Sequence record: NZ_CP014527.1
Length of the DNA stretch: 64,000 nt
Strand: one strand, 5' to 3'
DNA from: a plasmid
In this document: positions 49,439-61,500 of the stretch, one piece after another
Numbering within the stretch: position 1 is the first letter of the stretch
Layout of the letters: the number at the start of each line of letters is the position of its first letter
Made by a program: the position numbers and the translations under genes
Notes under the pieces: model-generated
The model's database searches: none
What the model was told of the DNA's origin: nothing
The model's input: the letters and a program-made list of their open reading frames with translations, nothing else

Positions 49439-50962
49439 CTACAGTTTAACAAAGTCCTCAAGCCAAGCCTTTCGGCGAATCTGCTGGTTCGTACGATATA
49501 CCAGAACGTGTGATAGATGGCGATCGATATACGGTAAAAGGTGAGACAAGCCCAGATTCTTCATCTCGACAACCAGAATACTCTTTTGCCGTACCAAAGT
49601 GGCCTCGTCATACTCTTCGGCCGTACGAACAACAGTATCAGCGTAATACCTCAGATTATCCTGCAAAGCCGCCGTATTTTCATCAAGCTGTTGACGGTAG
49701 CTTGATGCTCGCTCCCCATCGGGGTCGCTGTTGTGCTGGCTCTTCCAGATTGATTCAAGCTGGACAACCCACTTCCCATCATCGGACAGTTTCTGCCCAA
49801 GAAAGGCCCCCATCCTGAGCGTGGTGCGTACAGCCCGGTCGCGAGCCTCATCACGGGCGGCCAGATCCGCTTTCAGCGTATCACCTATCTCGCGCAAACG
49901 ACGTTCCAGAGCCGGGTCAGCAACCGTGTCAGCCAGAAGAGACAAATCCGCAGACGGTGTTTTAGCTCGTGGCCCCTCATCCCCGCCTGCTTCTGATCCC
50001 AAATGGTTCCACGCATCCTGTACCGACTTTGCGGTGGCCCGGGACGTCAGTGCCGGAACGGACATCACAACACGGAAACCTGTTGTTGCTGCCCGGCGTG
50101 GCCCCGACGCATCAAAGAAAGGAATCTCGGAGCGCAGGGACGTGCGTATGTCTGCTTCTGCAGTCATATAATGCCCCCCACGGACAACAAAACCGCCTGG
50201 CTGACCGTGATACCGTCCAAGTCGAACAAAATGAAAAGGATCCAGCACAATCTCGTCCAAGTTACCCAACATATCATGCAAGCCCATTGGACCAGGCTCG
50301 AGAAGGCCAACAAACTGTGGCTTACCATTGGCAGATTGCGTGCCGGCATACCAGACATGGCGCGACAATGATTCCTTGATGGGAAAAACAGGCTCGTTAA
50401 AATCAGCAGGGGATACGGATGCACCACCCCGGGCCGCATATTCCCACTCGGTCTCGGTAGGCAGACGGACAAAACCGGCCTCATCTCCCTGACGTGGAAG
50501 AGAGTCCGGCTGTGTTTGCCGAAGCCAAGTGGTCAACTTCTCGGTAAAAGACAGCGCATCGAACCAGCCAACAGCCCCCTGGGGCAACCGGCCCTGAGGT
50601 CCGGGAGCAGGACAGCCGGACCCCATGACAGACTGATATTGAAGAACATTGGTTTCATACCGCGCCATCAGGAAGTAGGTCTGAACCGGGCTGTCACGAA
50701 ATCCCCCCGCCAACCATTCGGTTCGTGTGCCCTCAAGATAGCCTGGACCGCCGGCGGGACTGCCAAGGACAAGCCGCCTGTCACCCAAGGGGCCATCAAC
50801 CGGTATCGCCACCTTCCGGAAGGCCATGGCCCCGTCACAGGGCAACGGAATGATGACATCATCCTGCATAGGCTTCGGATTATAGTACTTCTCATCCCAT
50901 CGTGCCCACGTTGCCGATGAGGAACACAAGAAGAGCAGGAAGACAAAAAAGAACCTAGACAT
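49439..50962 (-). CDS. FGE-sulfatase/SUMF1-domain protein (formylglycine-generating-enzyme fold) with ~180-aa C-terminal extension, secreted
   Basis: Signal peptide 'MSRFFFVFLLFLCSSSATWA'. FGE-fold hallmarks 'TETEWEYAARGG', 'GLHDMLGNLDEIV', 'VVRGGHYM'. Confidence 0.7.
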   Translation of the reverse strand: MSRFFFVFLLFLCSSSATWARWDEKYYNPKPMQDDVIIPLPCDGAMAFRKVAIPVDGPLGDRRLVLGSPAGGPGYLEGTRTEWLAGGFRDSPVQTYFLMARYETNVLQYQSVMGSGCPAPGPQGRLPQGAVGWFDALSFTEKLTTWLRQTQPDSLPRQGDEAGFVRLPTETEWEYAARGGASVSPADFNEPVFPIKESLSRHVWYAGTQSANGKPQFVGLLEPGPMGLHDMLGNLDEIVLDPFHFVRLGRYHGQPGGFVVRGGHYMTAEADIRTSLRSEIPFFDASGPRRAATTGFRVVMSVPALTSRATAKSVQDAWNHLGSEAGGDEGPRAKTPSADLSLLADTVADPALERRLREIGDTLKADLAARDEARDRAVRTTLRMGAFLGQKLSDDGKWVVQLESIWKSQHNSDPDGERASSYRQQLDENTAALQDNLRYYADTVVRTAEEYDEATLVRQKSILVVEMKNLGLSHLLPYIDRHLSHVLVYRTNQQIRRKAWLEDFVKL

Positions 50963-52169
50963 CACGCAGACTCTCCGCTGGCTCAAGCGCCAGAATCCGA
51001 AGCATCGCAACCGCCGCCGACAAGGCAGACAGAACCAAAGTCAGAAGGGTAGCGATCAAAACGGACCAAAGGTCAAGATCACACACAAACCCCTCTCCCG
51101 ACAGATTGGTCGTCAAGGTTCTGTTGAACAAAGCGGCCACAATGGCATACAGCACAAGTGACACAGCAATGCCGCATACCGCCACCAAAAGCGCACGCGT
51201 TACCGGGAACAGGGCTGCAGAACGACCACCAAAGCCGACAAGACGCAACAAGGCCAGATCACGCTTTCGTCGCTCGACATCAGCCCATAATCCTGCTGCC
51301 ATGGACAAGACAAACCCACCCGTTGCCAACAATGCGAGAACAGAAAAAATGTAGGTCAGAACCCGGTCCACAGCCAGCACCATCTCGATATCATCGGCAC
51401 GTGTTCTAACTTCCATCCCCTCCGCACGAAGACGGGCTGCCAAAGTAACAACACCATCAAGATCACGCGCAAAAAGCCGTGCACTGGCAAAAGAGCGTGT
51501 ATCCATATTCGCGGGGTCTGACAGTGTATCTGTACGTCCGTCACGCCAGTCCTCGGCGGCAACCAGCAAGGACAAGGCAACAAAGGCAGCAGGCCTTGGG
51601 AAACGATCTTCGGATAGGATAGCGGCAACAACCAACGGCAACTTTATGACTTGCCGTTCTCCAGATACCGTACGGGTCAAAAAACCTGTCAAGGCATCCT
51701 CTTCCTTGACCCCCAGCCGATCTGCTGCCGCCCGGCTCAGAACGATCCGGTCAAAGCCAGATGGAAAAAGCCCAACCGGCAAAAACAGTGGATCACCGGG
51801 GCCGGAAGGTACAAGTTCCATCCCTTCGACCGAGCGACCAGAAGCCGTACGCACATCCAGCGTTGCCGATAGGGAACGGGTCCGCGGCATCACAAATCCA
51901 ACCTCTGGCAACGCCTTCAAGTGGCCGAACCAGGCCGGACCCAGTCGATAGTTCCCGACAAGCAGAATTTCAAGATTCCGTGGATCTTGGAGAAGACGGG
52001 ATCGCAGGGTCTCGACAATACCGGTTTTCAGGCCTAGAAGGACAAGAAGCGGCGCCATAACCGCAGCAAGAGCCAAGATCTGGCACATCGCCACACGCCA
52101 GTCATGGCGGCAATCGGCCCACGATAACCAGATAATACGCCAGGCTATCACGGGGGAGCTCCTTTCCAT
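50955..52169 (-). CDS. ABC transporter permease (FtsX/MacB/LolC-like, 4-TM with periplasmic domain)
   Basis: 404 aa. N-terminal TM 'ILALAAVMAPLLVLLGL', large periplasmic segment, C-terminal 3 TM. Overlaps the ATPase gene by 22 nt. Confidence 0.75.
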   Translation of the reverse strand: MERSSPVIAWRIIWLSWADCRHDWRVAMCQILALAAVMAPLLVLLGLKTGIVETLRSRLLQDPRNLEILLVGNYRLGPAWFGHLKALPEVGFVMPRTRSLSATLDVRTASGRSVEGMELVPSGPGDPLFLPVGLFPSGFDRIVLSRAAADRLGVKEEDALTGFLTRTVSGERQVIKLPLVVAAILSEDRFPRPAAFVALSLLVAAEDWRDGRTDTLSDPANMDTRSFASARLFARDLDGVVTLAARLRAEGMEVRTRADDIEMVLAVDRVLTYIFSVLALLATGGFVLSMAAGLWADVERRKRDLALLRLVGFGGRSAALFPVTRALLVAVCGIAVSLVLYAIVAALFNRTLTTNLSGEGFVCDLDLWSVLIATLLTLVLSALSAAVAMLRILALEPAESLRDV

Positions 52170-52858
52170 GTAAAAAGGGTCCGGGAACCAGAAGTATCCT
52201 GAGCCGAAGATGCAACCAGTGTTGGCAGCTCCATACTGCCAACAAGGGACTGGTCGTGACTGACCAGAACCAGAGCCGATCCGGATGCTTTCACCAATTC
52301 CAGCAACAGGGCCATGACATCAGCAGAACGGGCCGGATCAAGCGCCGCCGTTGGCTCGTCAGCGAGCACAAGATCCGGGCGATACAAAAGGGCGCGGGCC
52401 ACGGCCACCCGTTGGCGCTCGCCAATGGACAGAGCCGAGGGCATCAGGGATACAAGGGGGCGCAAACCAAGCACATCAAGAAGATAGTCTTCCCATGCGG
52501 GGTCAAAGACAGTTAGCTCTCGCGCGGAAAGCCGTATGTTGGCCAAAACATCCACGAAAGGCAGCAATCCCCCGGTCTGGAGAATGTAACCAAGATGTTC
52601 GGCCCTGACCCGGGCCAAAACATCCTTCCGCCGCGACGCCCACAAAGCTGGAATATCAACACCCCGGACCTGAAAGATGCCTGCCGATCCCGGTTGCAGA
52701 ACCAAGCCAAGAATATCCAGCAAAGTGCTTTTGCCACAGCCACTGGGCCCCGTCACAATCATGGCCTGCCCGGAAGACAAGGTCAGGGACGGAAGGAAGA
52801 AACGGAACCCCCCGCGAGACCCTTCTAAGGACCGGATATCCAGAACACACGTGTTCAC
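52148..52858 (-). CDS. ABC transporter ATP-binding protein (LolD/MacB-like)
   Basis: Walker A 'GPSGCGKSTLLD', signature 'LSIGERQRVAVARAL', Walker B 'LVLADEPTAALD'. Confidence 0.9.
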   Translation of the reverse strand: MNTCVLDIRSLEGSRGGFRFFLPSLTLSSGQAMIVTGPSGCGKSTLLDILGLVLQPGSAGIFQVRGVDIPALWASRRKDVLARVRAEHLGYILQTGGLLPFVDVLANIRLSARELTVFDPAWEDYLLDVLGLRPLVSLMPSALSIGERQRVAVARALLYRPDLVLADEPTAALDPARSADVMALLLELVKASGSALVLVSHDQSLVGSMELPTLVASSAQDTSGSRTLFTWKGAPP

Positions 52859-54852
52859 GGCATGGCATCCAGAGGAACCGGGTACACCGCCTCTCCGGGA
52901 TCAAGACCGCCATCTAGGGAAACCCAGCGGCTGACATCATCATTATACACCTGGTACAGGCGCAGTTTGCGTTCTATCTCGTCAAGGAAAGCCTGCTGCT
53001 GGCTGATACTCCAGCTGGACCATGTCTGCTGGTCAAGGTCCAGAACCTTGGATCGATAAGGCAGGTCGTCCAGATATTCTCCAAGCAAACCCAAATCCGC
53101 CAACCGACGGGCTTGGTCACGTTTGACAATGTTAGGATCACGACCCAGCGTCGCCGCAACAGACCGCAGTTGGGCAAAGAAATCGCCCGGTGACAGTTGT
53201 GCCGCCTGCCCTGCCGTACTGATTGTCTGCAACACCTGCTGCAAATCCGAAAGCTGGTTCCGGGTCAGCAGAACGCGAACTTCAGTTGTTGGTATCTCAG
53301 GATGCTCAAGGTCACGGTCGGCAATCCATGCCGAAAAGAGAGGCGGAGCCTGTGTTCCCTCCTTACGACCAAGCCAGGCCAGCTGCATGGCATGCCCCAA
53401 CATGGCCGCGTCCTGACGAACACGCGACAGGCTGCCTCCTGATTGCACATAGCCGGGATCTGCTGTCCGGGCAGCACCCGGAACCGACTCACCGCGCCGG
53501 GCAGCACCAACCTGCTCAACAATCGCATCGCCCAAAGCATCCACCATTGACCCAAAAACATCCACAGCCCCTGATTCAACAGGATAATACAGTGGACGCT
53601 GCAAAAGGGGATGACGGGTCAGATCCTTGTACTGGGCCTCTGCTTCAGCATGATTAGCTTTTCCGGCCGGAGTTCTCAGGTGGAGGGCATAAACGGCAAG
53701 CCCACGGTGCTGGGCCTCAAGACGAACCTGGGCCGCATCCAGTCGAGTTGACGACAGGGGATCCTGACCCCGCAAGGCACCAGCATCGGTGATAAGGATC
53801 ACATACCGCCCACCGAAAGAAGACCATTGGATACGCTCCACTGCCGTCATGATGCCAGCATAGGCATCTTCGGAGAAACGCGCAGAAGACACAGTTGCCG
53901 CCTTCAGGTCAGCAACACGATCCAAGAATTCTTTACCGCTGCGCACCTCGGAAGGATCGGCAAACACCTTGGACACATAGTCCAGCTCAGGGGTGCGATC
54001 AACATTGGAACGAAAGGCAATCATGCCGAACCGTACCTGATCCAGAAGCCCCGCCTTCTCGATATGACCGTAAATCCGCCGCACTGCTTCACGGGTACGG
54101 TCGATGTAGGGCCCCATTGACACTGTGGAATCAATCACAAACACAACAGCCGCCGTAAAGTTCCGCAACGCACTGACCCCACCGGAAGAAGGGGTTGGTG
54201 CAGCAACAGCTTTGCCCTCATCACGACTAACGGAAGCAATTTCCAGCATCCGGACACGGTGCCCATGGCCGCTGAAGGTTTCCTCCGCCTGAAGGATGGG
54301 AAGAAGGTAAAAATGGCTGGCAAGATCAACGTAGTTTTCAGGCTCTACAGACACGACATGGGGATCATGCCCACCTGCCAGAACAGCCTTGCGCAAGGGA
54401 TCGATGCGCAGAGCCGGTTGGTCGGCTTCAACAACGGAGGCAAGGCTGTTCCTATCCCGGAACAACAACGCACGCTCGCGTCCGGACGGATTGGTGAAGG
54501 CCAATGTCAGCTGCTGCTTCCAAGGCAATGTAAATCCAGCCTCAACCCAACCATCAACATCGCCGTTTGCTGTCAGGCCAACCTCAAGCCAAGGGACAGC
54601 CCCTATTATCTTGCGGTCATAAACATAGAAACGGGTCAGGGCTGGCTGCTGCATACCCGGTCCATCACCCGGACTGCGCTTGAGGACAGCACCCGGACGT
54701 GTCAGCACCCTTTCATAAAGGGTTGCCTTACCCGGCATGATCAGGGGAGAGCGTGCGTATACGGTAGGTGCCTGACCAATGCACAGTATCACGGCAAAGG
54801 ACACCAGCATGCGAGCTAGCGCGCGATAAATGGCAACTTTGGCCCGCACCAT
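52855..54852 (-). CDS. Secreted von Willebrand factor A (vWA) domain protein
   Basis: Start taken at internal Met with signal peptide 'MVRAKVAIYRALARMLVSFAVILCIGQAPTVYA'. MIDAS 'VVFVIDSTVSMG' ... 'ILITDAG'. Confidence 0.75.
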   Translation of the reverse strand: MVRAKVAIYRALARMLVSFAVILCIGQAPTVYARSPLIMPGKATLYERVLTRPGAVLKRSPGDGPGMQQPALTRFYVYDRKIIGAVPWLEVGLTANGDVDGWVEAGFTLPWKQQLTLAFTNPSGRERALLFRDRNSLASVVEADQPALRIDPLRKAVLAGGHDPHVVSVEPENYVDLASHFYLLPILQAEETFSGHGHRVRMLEIASVSRDEGKAVAAPTPSSGGVSALRNFTAAVVFVIDSTVSMGPYIDRTREAVRRIYGHIEKAGLLDQVRFGMIAFRSNVDRTPELDYVSKVFADPSEVRSGKEFLDRVADLKAATVSSARFSEDAYAGIMTAVERIQWSSFGGRYVILITDAGALRGQDPLSSTRLDAAQVRLEAQHRGLAVYALHLRTPAGKANHAEAEAQYKDLTRHPLLQRPLYYPVESGAVDVFGSMVDALGDAIVEQVGAARRGESVPGAARTADPGYVQSGGSLSRVRQDAAMLGHAMQLAWLGRKEGTQAPPLFSAWIADRDLEHPEIPTTEVRVLLTRNQLSDLQQVLQTISTAGQAAQLSPGDFFAQLRSVAATLGRDPNIVKRDQARRLADLGLLGEYLDDLPYRSKVLDLDQQTWSSWSISQQQAFLDEIERKLRLYQVYNDDVSRWVSLDGGLDPGEAVYPVPLDAMP

Positions 54853-54853
54853 C

Positions 54854-55888
54854 CTACTCTCCCAGATCACGCAGAACAGACTTCGCCACGTCATCACCGG
54901 AGGCTGCAGCCTTGCGCAACCATTCCAAGCCCTTTGTGCGACCATAACCATTCGGATCAAGAGCAAGAAGAATCTGGCCCAGCCTTCTTTGGGCTTCTGC
55001 ATGACCGGACAGCGCAGCCGGCTCGTACCAATAAGCTGCTGTTTCCGCATCCGGCTTTTCAATCGGGCTAGAACTTGGATGATACGTTTCGGGATCATAA
55101 AACCGCCCCAAGGCCAGAGATGCACCGGGGTGCCCTGACCGTGCAGCATACCGGTAGGCCAACATAGCCAGATCAGCCTTTTCACGGCGCATCAGATCAT
55201 CAGCCAAAGCAACCGTTGCATCCGAAGAAGGTGAGCTACCAAGAAATGCAGCCAGATCCTCGCGCGTTTTTACGTCTTCTGGTGCTGCACGGTATTCTCC
55301 ATCCTGTACAGGCGGAGGAACAAAGGGATCAGACGGGGCATGAGAACCATTCCAGTACCAGAAACCACCAACCACAACACACAAGGCCAGAACAAGAATG
55401 GCGGGAAGCGGGAACTTTGCCCGAGAAGAACCCAAACCGGAAACCGGTGTCGATTCTTCGACAGGATCAGGCAGAACAACCGGCTCCACCACGATCGGTT
55501 CAGGTAATGGCTCCGCATGCGGAGCCGGAGCATCCGCAACAGCAGCATGTGATGGATACAGACCTGTCACGCCCTGCACACCACGGACCATAATCCCGGA
55601 GTTTTCGACCGTCAGCTGAATACGGGCATTTGGCGGCAAGACAGCAAGACAATCCGTAATAAGCGGACCAAGAAAGGCTCTTCCGGTGTTGTCAAAATGC
55701 ACATCGTGCCAGCACTGCTCGGCCTGCCAACCCCCACCGGAGTTCAGAAAATCCTGCCCTTGGTTACGCAGGATCTGCACACGCCCATTTCCTGCGGGAA
55801 TCCCGGACACCTTGAGAACAGAATACCCTGGCCCACGCTCAATATCAGGGACAAGTTCAGCTTTTGACACCATAAACAACGGTTCCAT
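54854..55888 (-). CDS. Membrane-anchored Sel1-like repeat protein
   Basis: TM helix 'LPAILVLALCVVVGGFWYW'. C-terminal Sel1/TPR-like repeats 'AYRYAARSGHPGASLALGRFY', 'AAYWYEPAALSGHAEAQRRLGQIL'. Confidence 0.6.
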   Translation of the reverse strand: MEPLFMVSKAELVPDIERGPGYSVLKVSGIPAGNGRVQILRNQGQDFLNSGGGWQAEQCWHDVHFDNTGRAFLGPLITDCLAVLPPNARIQLTVENSGIMVRGVQGVTGLYPSHAAVADAPAPHAEPLPEPIVVEPVVLPDPVEESTPVSGLGSSRAKFPLPAILVLALCVVVGGFWYWNGSHAPSDPFVPPPVQDGEYRAAPEDVKTREDLAAFLGSSPSSDATVALADDLMRREKADLAMLAYRYAARSGHPGASLALGRFYDPETYHPSSSPIEKPDAETAAYWYEPAALSGHAEAQRRLGQILLALDPNGYGRTKGLEWLRKAAASGDDVAKSVLRDLGE

Positions 55889-55891
55889 CTA

Positions 55892-58576
55892 TCAGGAGAC
55901 AGGCGCCCCCTTCATGCGATCCAGAAGGCGCCCCAAACGGCGATTATGCTCCGGCCCAATCTCATTGCCGGCAAGGTGACCAGCATTGGACACAGCCATT
56001 TCACGAAATGCATCTATCCAATCGACCAGATACAATGCTGGATAGTTGATCGGTGCATCTGGCAGATCGGGGGGATCAGCCACAGGAGCAGGGGCGGAGA
56101 ACAGGCGACGCCCCGCAATATGTGAGGAAACAGGCCGCTTGTCGGTAGGGATACTCCCGAAGCCAAGCCAGTCTACCCAAGATCCAAGACATGTTGCCGC
56201 AACCAATGTCTGCCGATCTGCCAGTTGCCCACGGGTTGTCGAAGCCCTTTCCTCGGCTTCCCGCAGGGCAGCGATCAGCTGAGCCTCCAAGCGACACCGA
56301 GTCATACCTGTTATCAGCTCATCGACCAGAATTTGCAGGGTGTCCCCGGTCATACCCAAGAAACGGTGCATCTGCATATTGGCAGGAATATCGCGTATAC
56401 TCCGCATCCAGTCAGACATAACAGCACGGGCATAGCGAGCTGCCCGCCCCCCCTTCCCGGGTGAAGAGGCAGGGGCAGAGTCCGTAACAACCTGGCCAAA
56501 ACCAGACAGATCAAGGCTGAACAGACTCCCCGTCTCGAGGTCAGCATGATCCTGCCCTTCGTCAGCACCTGTTTCCTCTAGGTCGTAATACAACGTACGC
56601 AGCCGTTCCTGTGTTGGCTGCAAGGCATGAACAAGCTCACCAAAGCGGTCGAGCCGCTGCTGCAAGGCAAGCTGCACCTGACGGGCCAGATCCTGTTTGT
56701 GGGCAACGGCACCCTCACCATCAACCTGATAGAAAGGACCAAGAACAGATGAGACCAGACGCACCCGGATATCGGACACCTGCTCGGCAATACGCCCCAG
56801 CTTTACATCCGGTTTTGCCACCGTGCCCAGATAGTCCGCCAAACGCGTCATGCCCCCGTCATCAAGTGTCAAAGCAGCATCCCATGCCACAGCAGGGTCA
56901 CGGACATGGCGCCTGACACTGGCATCCTCGACAAAAGTGCCACGCATGGCCACAAGACGTTGTTCCTGTCCTTTGGCAAGGGCAACTTCCTGCCGTCCCT
57001 CCATTTCAATAACACCCGGAGCCATTCCCGGTTTGCGTACCAGAAACACCGTGTCAAAGGGCTGGTTCGGGGCCCAGGTGTTGACCCACTCAAACTGTTC
57101 AAACTTCTCCAGCAACGTCAGGCGCATCATCCCGCCCCATCCCTCGCGGATCAAATCCATGGTTTCATCGGGACGGGGTTTCAGACGCTCGTCAAACATG
57201 GTGATTGTCCACACCAACCCGGACTCCCGGCGGGAACGCTCTTCCGGCGTTGCCCCCTGCGTTGACTCGATCCATGCCTGCAGCGCCGGCCCCAGATCAT
57301 TGACATCGGACTGCTTGTGGCAAGGCGTACATAGGACCAGGGCATTCATTTCTTGGTCTTCGGTATACCGTTCAAAAAGGTAGGCAACCTTGCCGCGCAG
57401 AACAAGTTCTGCAACCGGATCACGGCCTTCAAGGCGCTCTGCCACATCTGCCAAACGCCCCACATTCAGGCGACCGCGGTACCCGGGAAAATCAAGAAGA
57501 TCAACCTGTTCAAGCAGGGACGCCTGCGGTGGGTCCGCCAGGCAAAAAATCATCTCGCAGGCCAAGGCCGCCAGAACGGGACGAGCAACCGAAACAGCGC
57601 TTTCCTTCCCCAAATCCTGATGGGTTACAACCTGAACCATCCCCATGTCATCACGCCCGAGACCCGCCAGCATATCAACATTCATGATGCTGTTTTTCTG
57701 GCTGAATCCACCCGCCCCATCCGGCACAACTAAGGCATCCAGTGCGGCAAAGACCCGTGGAGCATGACCGATTGACCGTAACGTCTCTGCCAGATGGATC
57801 CAGACAGCTGTAAATTCCGGAATATCACCCCACAACAGAGAGAATAGCTCCGCCCGACCCCGTGTATCCAAGCGGGGGGCAAGATCTACAGCCCGCAACC
57901 AGAACCCAGCCTTGTACGGCTCCATGTCCCGTGGGAAGCGGCTGTTAAAATAATCCATCAGATCAACAACATCAGAAGCCCCCATCCCCCCTGTTGGACC
58001 AAGTGATACCTTGCGGGTAACAGCATCCAAGCGCAGGGCGATAACAGCCGGATCCGAACAGACGCTGACCTTCTGACGATCAAAGTCCATAAAGAAGCTG
58101 TTACCAATAATCCGGACCAGATCCGCTTCGCTGAAAAGACGCAAGGCAACAGGAAAACCCGCTGGTGTTGGCAGACGACGGCGCGTGAAGCGGGTGACGA
58201 TGCCGGTTGCTTCCTTGCCTCCTCCTGGTGGATTAATATGGGCAATGAAGTTCAGTCGCTGACCATCCATATCTGTTTCAAGGGCCCCGCCCTTTCCACG
58301 GGCCAAGGCCGATATCAGATAAGATTTCCCCGCTTGGGACAGACCGAAAAAACCAACAGCCACGGGCTGTGCCACAGCGGCAGCCAATCTTCTGGCACGA
58401 CCACCCTCGCGGTGCAGATGAATACTGATTCCATCTGCCTCCCGGTCAAGCCGCGCACTGTCAGGCCGTACGTCCCGAACCCAAGAAATTCCTTCGTCCA
58501 CGCCATCGGCAAGTGCCTTGCAGGCCTCAACCAGTCCCTCAGGAGTAGCCGTCACAACTGCGGGCCCTTTACTCAC
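55892..58576 (-). CDS. srfC: SrfC-like putative virulence-factor family protein
   Basis: 894 aa. P-loop-like 'GFFGLSQAGKSYLISAL'. Third gene of an srfA-srfB-srfC-ordered trio. Family call by size, order and motif, recalled not computed. Confidence 0.55.
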   Translation of the reverse strand: MSKGPAVVTATPEGLVEACKALADGVDEGISWVRDVRPDSARLDREADGISIHLHREGGRARRLAAAVAQPVAVGFFGLSQAGKSYLISALARGKGGALETDMDGQRLNFIAHINPPGGGKEATGIVTRFTRRRLPTPAGFPVALRLFSEADLVRIIGNSFFMDFDRQKVSVCSDPAVIALRLDAVTRKVSLGPTGGMGASDVVDLMDYFNSRFPRDMEPYKAGFWLRAVDLAPRLDTRGRAELFSLLWGDIPEFTAVWIHLAETLRSIGHAPRVFAALDALVVPDGAGGFSQKNSIMNVDMLAGLGRDDMGMVQVVTHQDLGKESAVSVARPVLAALACEMIFCLADPPQASLLEQVDLLDFPGYRGRLNVGRLADVAERLEGRDPVAELVLRGKVAYLFERYTEDQEMNALVLCTPCHKQSDVNDLGPALQAWIESTQGATPEERSRRESGLVWTITMFDERLKPRPDETMDLIREGWGGMMRLTLLEKFEQFEWVNTWAPNQPFDTVFLVRKPGMAPGVIEMEGRQEVALAKGQEQRLVAMRGTFVEDASVRRHVRDPAVAWDAALTLDDGGMTRLADYLGTVAKPDVKLGRIAEQVSDIRVRLVSSVLGPFYQVDGEGAVAHKQDLARQVQLALQQRLDRFGELVHALQPTQERLRTLYYDLEETGADEGQDHADLETGSLFSLDLSGFGQVVTDSAPASSPGKGGRAARYARAVMSDWMRSIRDIPANMQMHRFLGMTGDTLQILVDELITGMTRCRLEAQLIAALREAEERASTTRGQLADRQTLVAATCLGSWVDWLGFGSIPTDKRPVSSHIAGRRLFSAPAPVADPPDLPDAPINYPALYLVDWIDAFREMAVSNAGHLAGNEIGPEHNRRLGRLLDRMKGAPVS

Positions 58577-58588
58577 CGTCTGCCTCCA

Positions 58589-61500
58589 TCAACCAACAAC
58601 ACTGCCAGTATCCAGCCAATAGCTGTCTTCACCAATTCCCTGTGTCAACAAGGTGAAAAGGCGGATCTTCAGGGCATCCCGGCTGAATGTCTGCCCGTCG
58701 CGGTCACCTCCTCTCACTGAAATCCGGCTGATTTCCAGTTTTTCAGCCCGACCGCGACCGGGACGCAAGGTAACATCCAGCACCGTAGCATCGCCTTGGC
58801 CACCACCATATAAAGCCGTATCAGCCTTGCGATTATTTCTATTGAAATCAATCAGGTATAATGGACTTGCTCCCCAACGAGGAGCCGAAAGCTGGCGGAA
58901 ACCAAGAAGGGTCCGCCCCCGAATTTCAAAACTGACATCCTCGGGCAACTGATAGTCAGGATTATCCCAGTCAATATCGCGATAATAGATATCCTCGTCC
59001 TTGATAAGACGATTGCTGTCCATCAAGCCAACATGACGCACAGTGGAATACAAACGGAATACATTGGAACGGAAGAAGAAGCCGGGAATACGCCCCTGCC
59101 CCAGAACACAAAGCATAGCCCCGACAGCTGCCGTTGTCTTGGGATCATCGATGCGGGCATTACGGTGGAAGGGATACCACGTTCCCGTCCGATAACCATG
59201 CAGAACCACCAGACGATCCGGAGGCAATGCAAGCAGACTGCGGAACAGGGCTTGTACGCCCGGCAAACGGGATGGACGTCCGGACAGAAGCAGGATATCG
59301 CAGTCATATGCATAAACAAGTTCACACAAGGCCTGCACAGGCTTGCAGATCTCCATACCACCGCTCAGGAACAAACGGTGCAAGCGCCCCGGGTCGACAA
59401 CAAGACGAACGGCCAAGAAGTTGAAGGGTAGCCCTCCCCCCCCTTCTGCCCGTGCAACACCGGCAGCAAACCAGCCAAGCAAATCTTGAGGCACAGAAGG
59501 ATCACTCTTCCCGCCATCTGCCAACAGTTCTGCCACCGTCAGAGACTGTACATCCGCCCCGACAACGGGGTCATAGGCTTCACACCTTTTCAGAACCTGC
59601 AAGGCCAAAGGATAAAGAACCTGGAGTGTCAGCTGCTGGCGCTTGACCTGATCAGGAACCGGAACCGCCTCATTCCCAGCAAGACGCGACAGGACAACAG
59701 CCGGCGTTACAACACCGTGATCCTTCAGGGCCTGCTCAAAGGCAGGAAGGATCACCTTGCGAATCACATCAAGAACAATATCGTCCCCGGCGATTTTAAA
59801 GCCATCGCGGAACCGCTGTTCCGGCAGAATATAAACATTGCCCCCGCGGCCATCATCTAGGGTGTAATCTGTCACCACAAGATCAGTTGTACCGCCACCA
59901 ATATCAATTGTTGCAACCCGCAGGCGGCGTCCTGGGTCATCGGCACGGGGCTTGCGCATGACGTGGAAGAAGTCCTCCGGTCTACCACCGAAATTATTGA
60001 CCGTTTCCGAATACAGCCACACCGCCTGCGCACACGTGGCCTCATCCCACTGGATACGTTGCTCGGGCAAGGCCGGCCAGCATGCATCCTTCTGCTCCTG
60101 GGTATTGGTGTCCGGATCTCCCGGGAACCATCCCATAGAGCGCCAAACCAAGCCAACGGCCTGTTCCAGGGCATCGTGAAAAATCTGTTGTTCCGGACGG
60201 GGCATGGAGGGAGGAACCGTCAGAATAACAGAACGCAGACGGCGCGGCAGATTGGCATGGCTCATCTTCAGGCGCTGGCCGGTACTATTCATCTGTACCA
60301 GAGCCTGAACCAGCACCTCAGCCAACATGAATGTCATCAGCGCACTGCGACTGTAGTGCGGCACAAAAACCTGGATCTGTTCCTCTGGCAGCAGAGTAAA
60401 CAGCGCCTTTCCTTCTTCATTGATCAGGTTCCCGAAGGGAGCCGCCGTTGCCAAGGGTTCTGTTTCAGAGCGGTTGAAAGCATCGTTGAAACGCCAGCCA
60501 GACTCATAGCGTTCGTCATCCCACAGATAACGCTTGGGGCTTGAAAGACCGGTTGATCCCTCGCTCCCCTTGCGTCGCGCAGCCAAGCGTGCTGCCTCGG
60601 GCCCAACGCGCGCAAGGGTTGGCCACAGGAATGCATCATTGCGGCCCGAGAGAACAGACTGGTCAACCCGGCCAAAACTTGCCTCGGCAAACTCCAGACG
60701 GCTTTCAAAGGGGTCTGTATACACCTGATGGGCACGCCCCAGATCCCGCAGTTCAAGCGTATAGCTCAATTTCAAACCGTTTGCCTGCTGGGGATGATCC
60801 TCGATCAGAATGCCGCAGGTGCGTGAATTACCAACATCCAGAACCATATCAACCGGAATGGACGGCAAAACATCATCGGAACGATTGGAGAGGATCTTGA
60901 TGCGCGGAGGACGAACCAAGGACCCAATCAAACTTATGATATTCAGATAATGGGTATAGTGCAGACCGGCCTTGATGCCCGCCTCAATATCCTCACGCGA
61001 CAGACGCAGCCGGGGGGTCGCACCGTCCGAAAACTCCTGCTCCAGCCAGCCAGAAACCCACCTCTGGGCCATAAACCAAGCAGGATCCTCACCCTGCCAA
61101 GCCAGAGCAAAACGTACGCCCCCTTCGACATCACCCAGCGTCGGCGCCAGATAGGCCGTACCCAAACGTTCCTCTGTTACATTGGTATCAAAGGCCAGAA
61201 CAAGACGATGTGTATATCCATCGCGGTCCTGTCCAGGCTCAAGAGGAAAAAGGCGTGCACGGGCCCAATTAGCTGGCCCTTGAACAAATGTTGTGGCCTG
61301 CTGACGCAGGAACGGGACAGGAAGCCACGTATCAGACAGCAGAGCAAAACTGTCTCCGACAGATGTCTCAAGTTCCGGATGATCCTGCATCGGCAGACGT
61401 GACCGGGGATGCAGTGTTGTATCCCGAACAGGATCAGCCTCTAGCCGAACAGGTACCGGACTTTCCGCCACCCGGGCGAAACGACCAGGGGACTCACGGC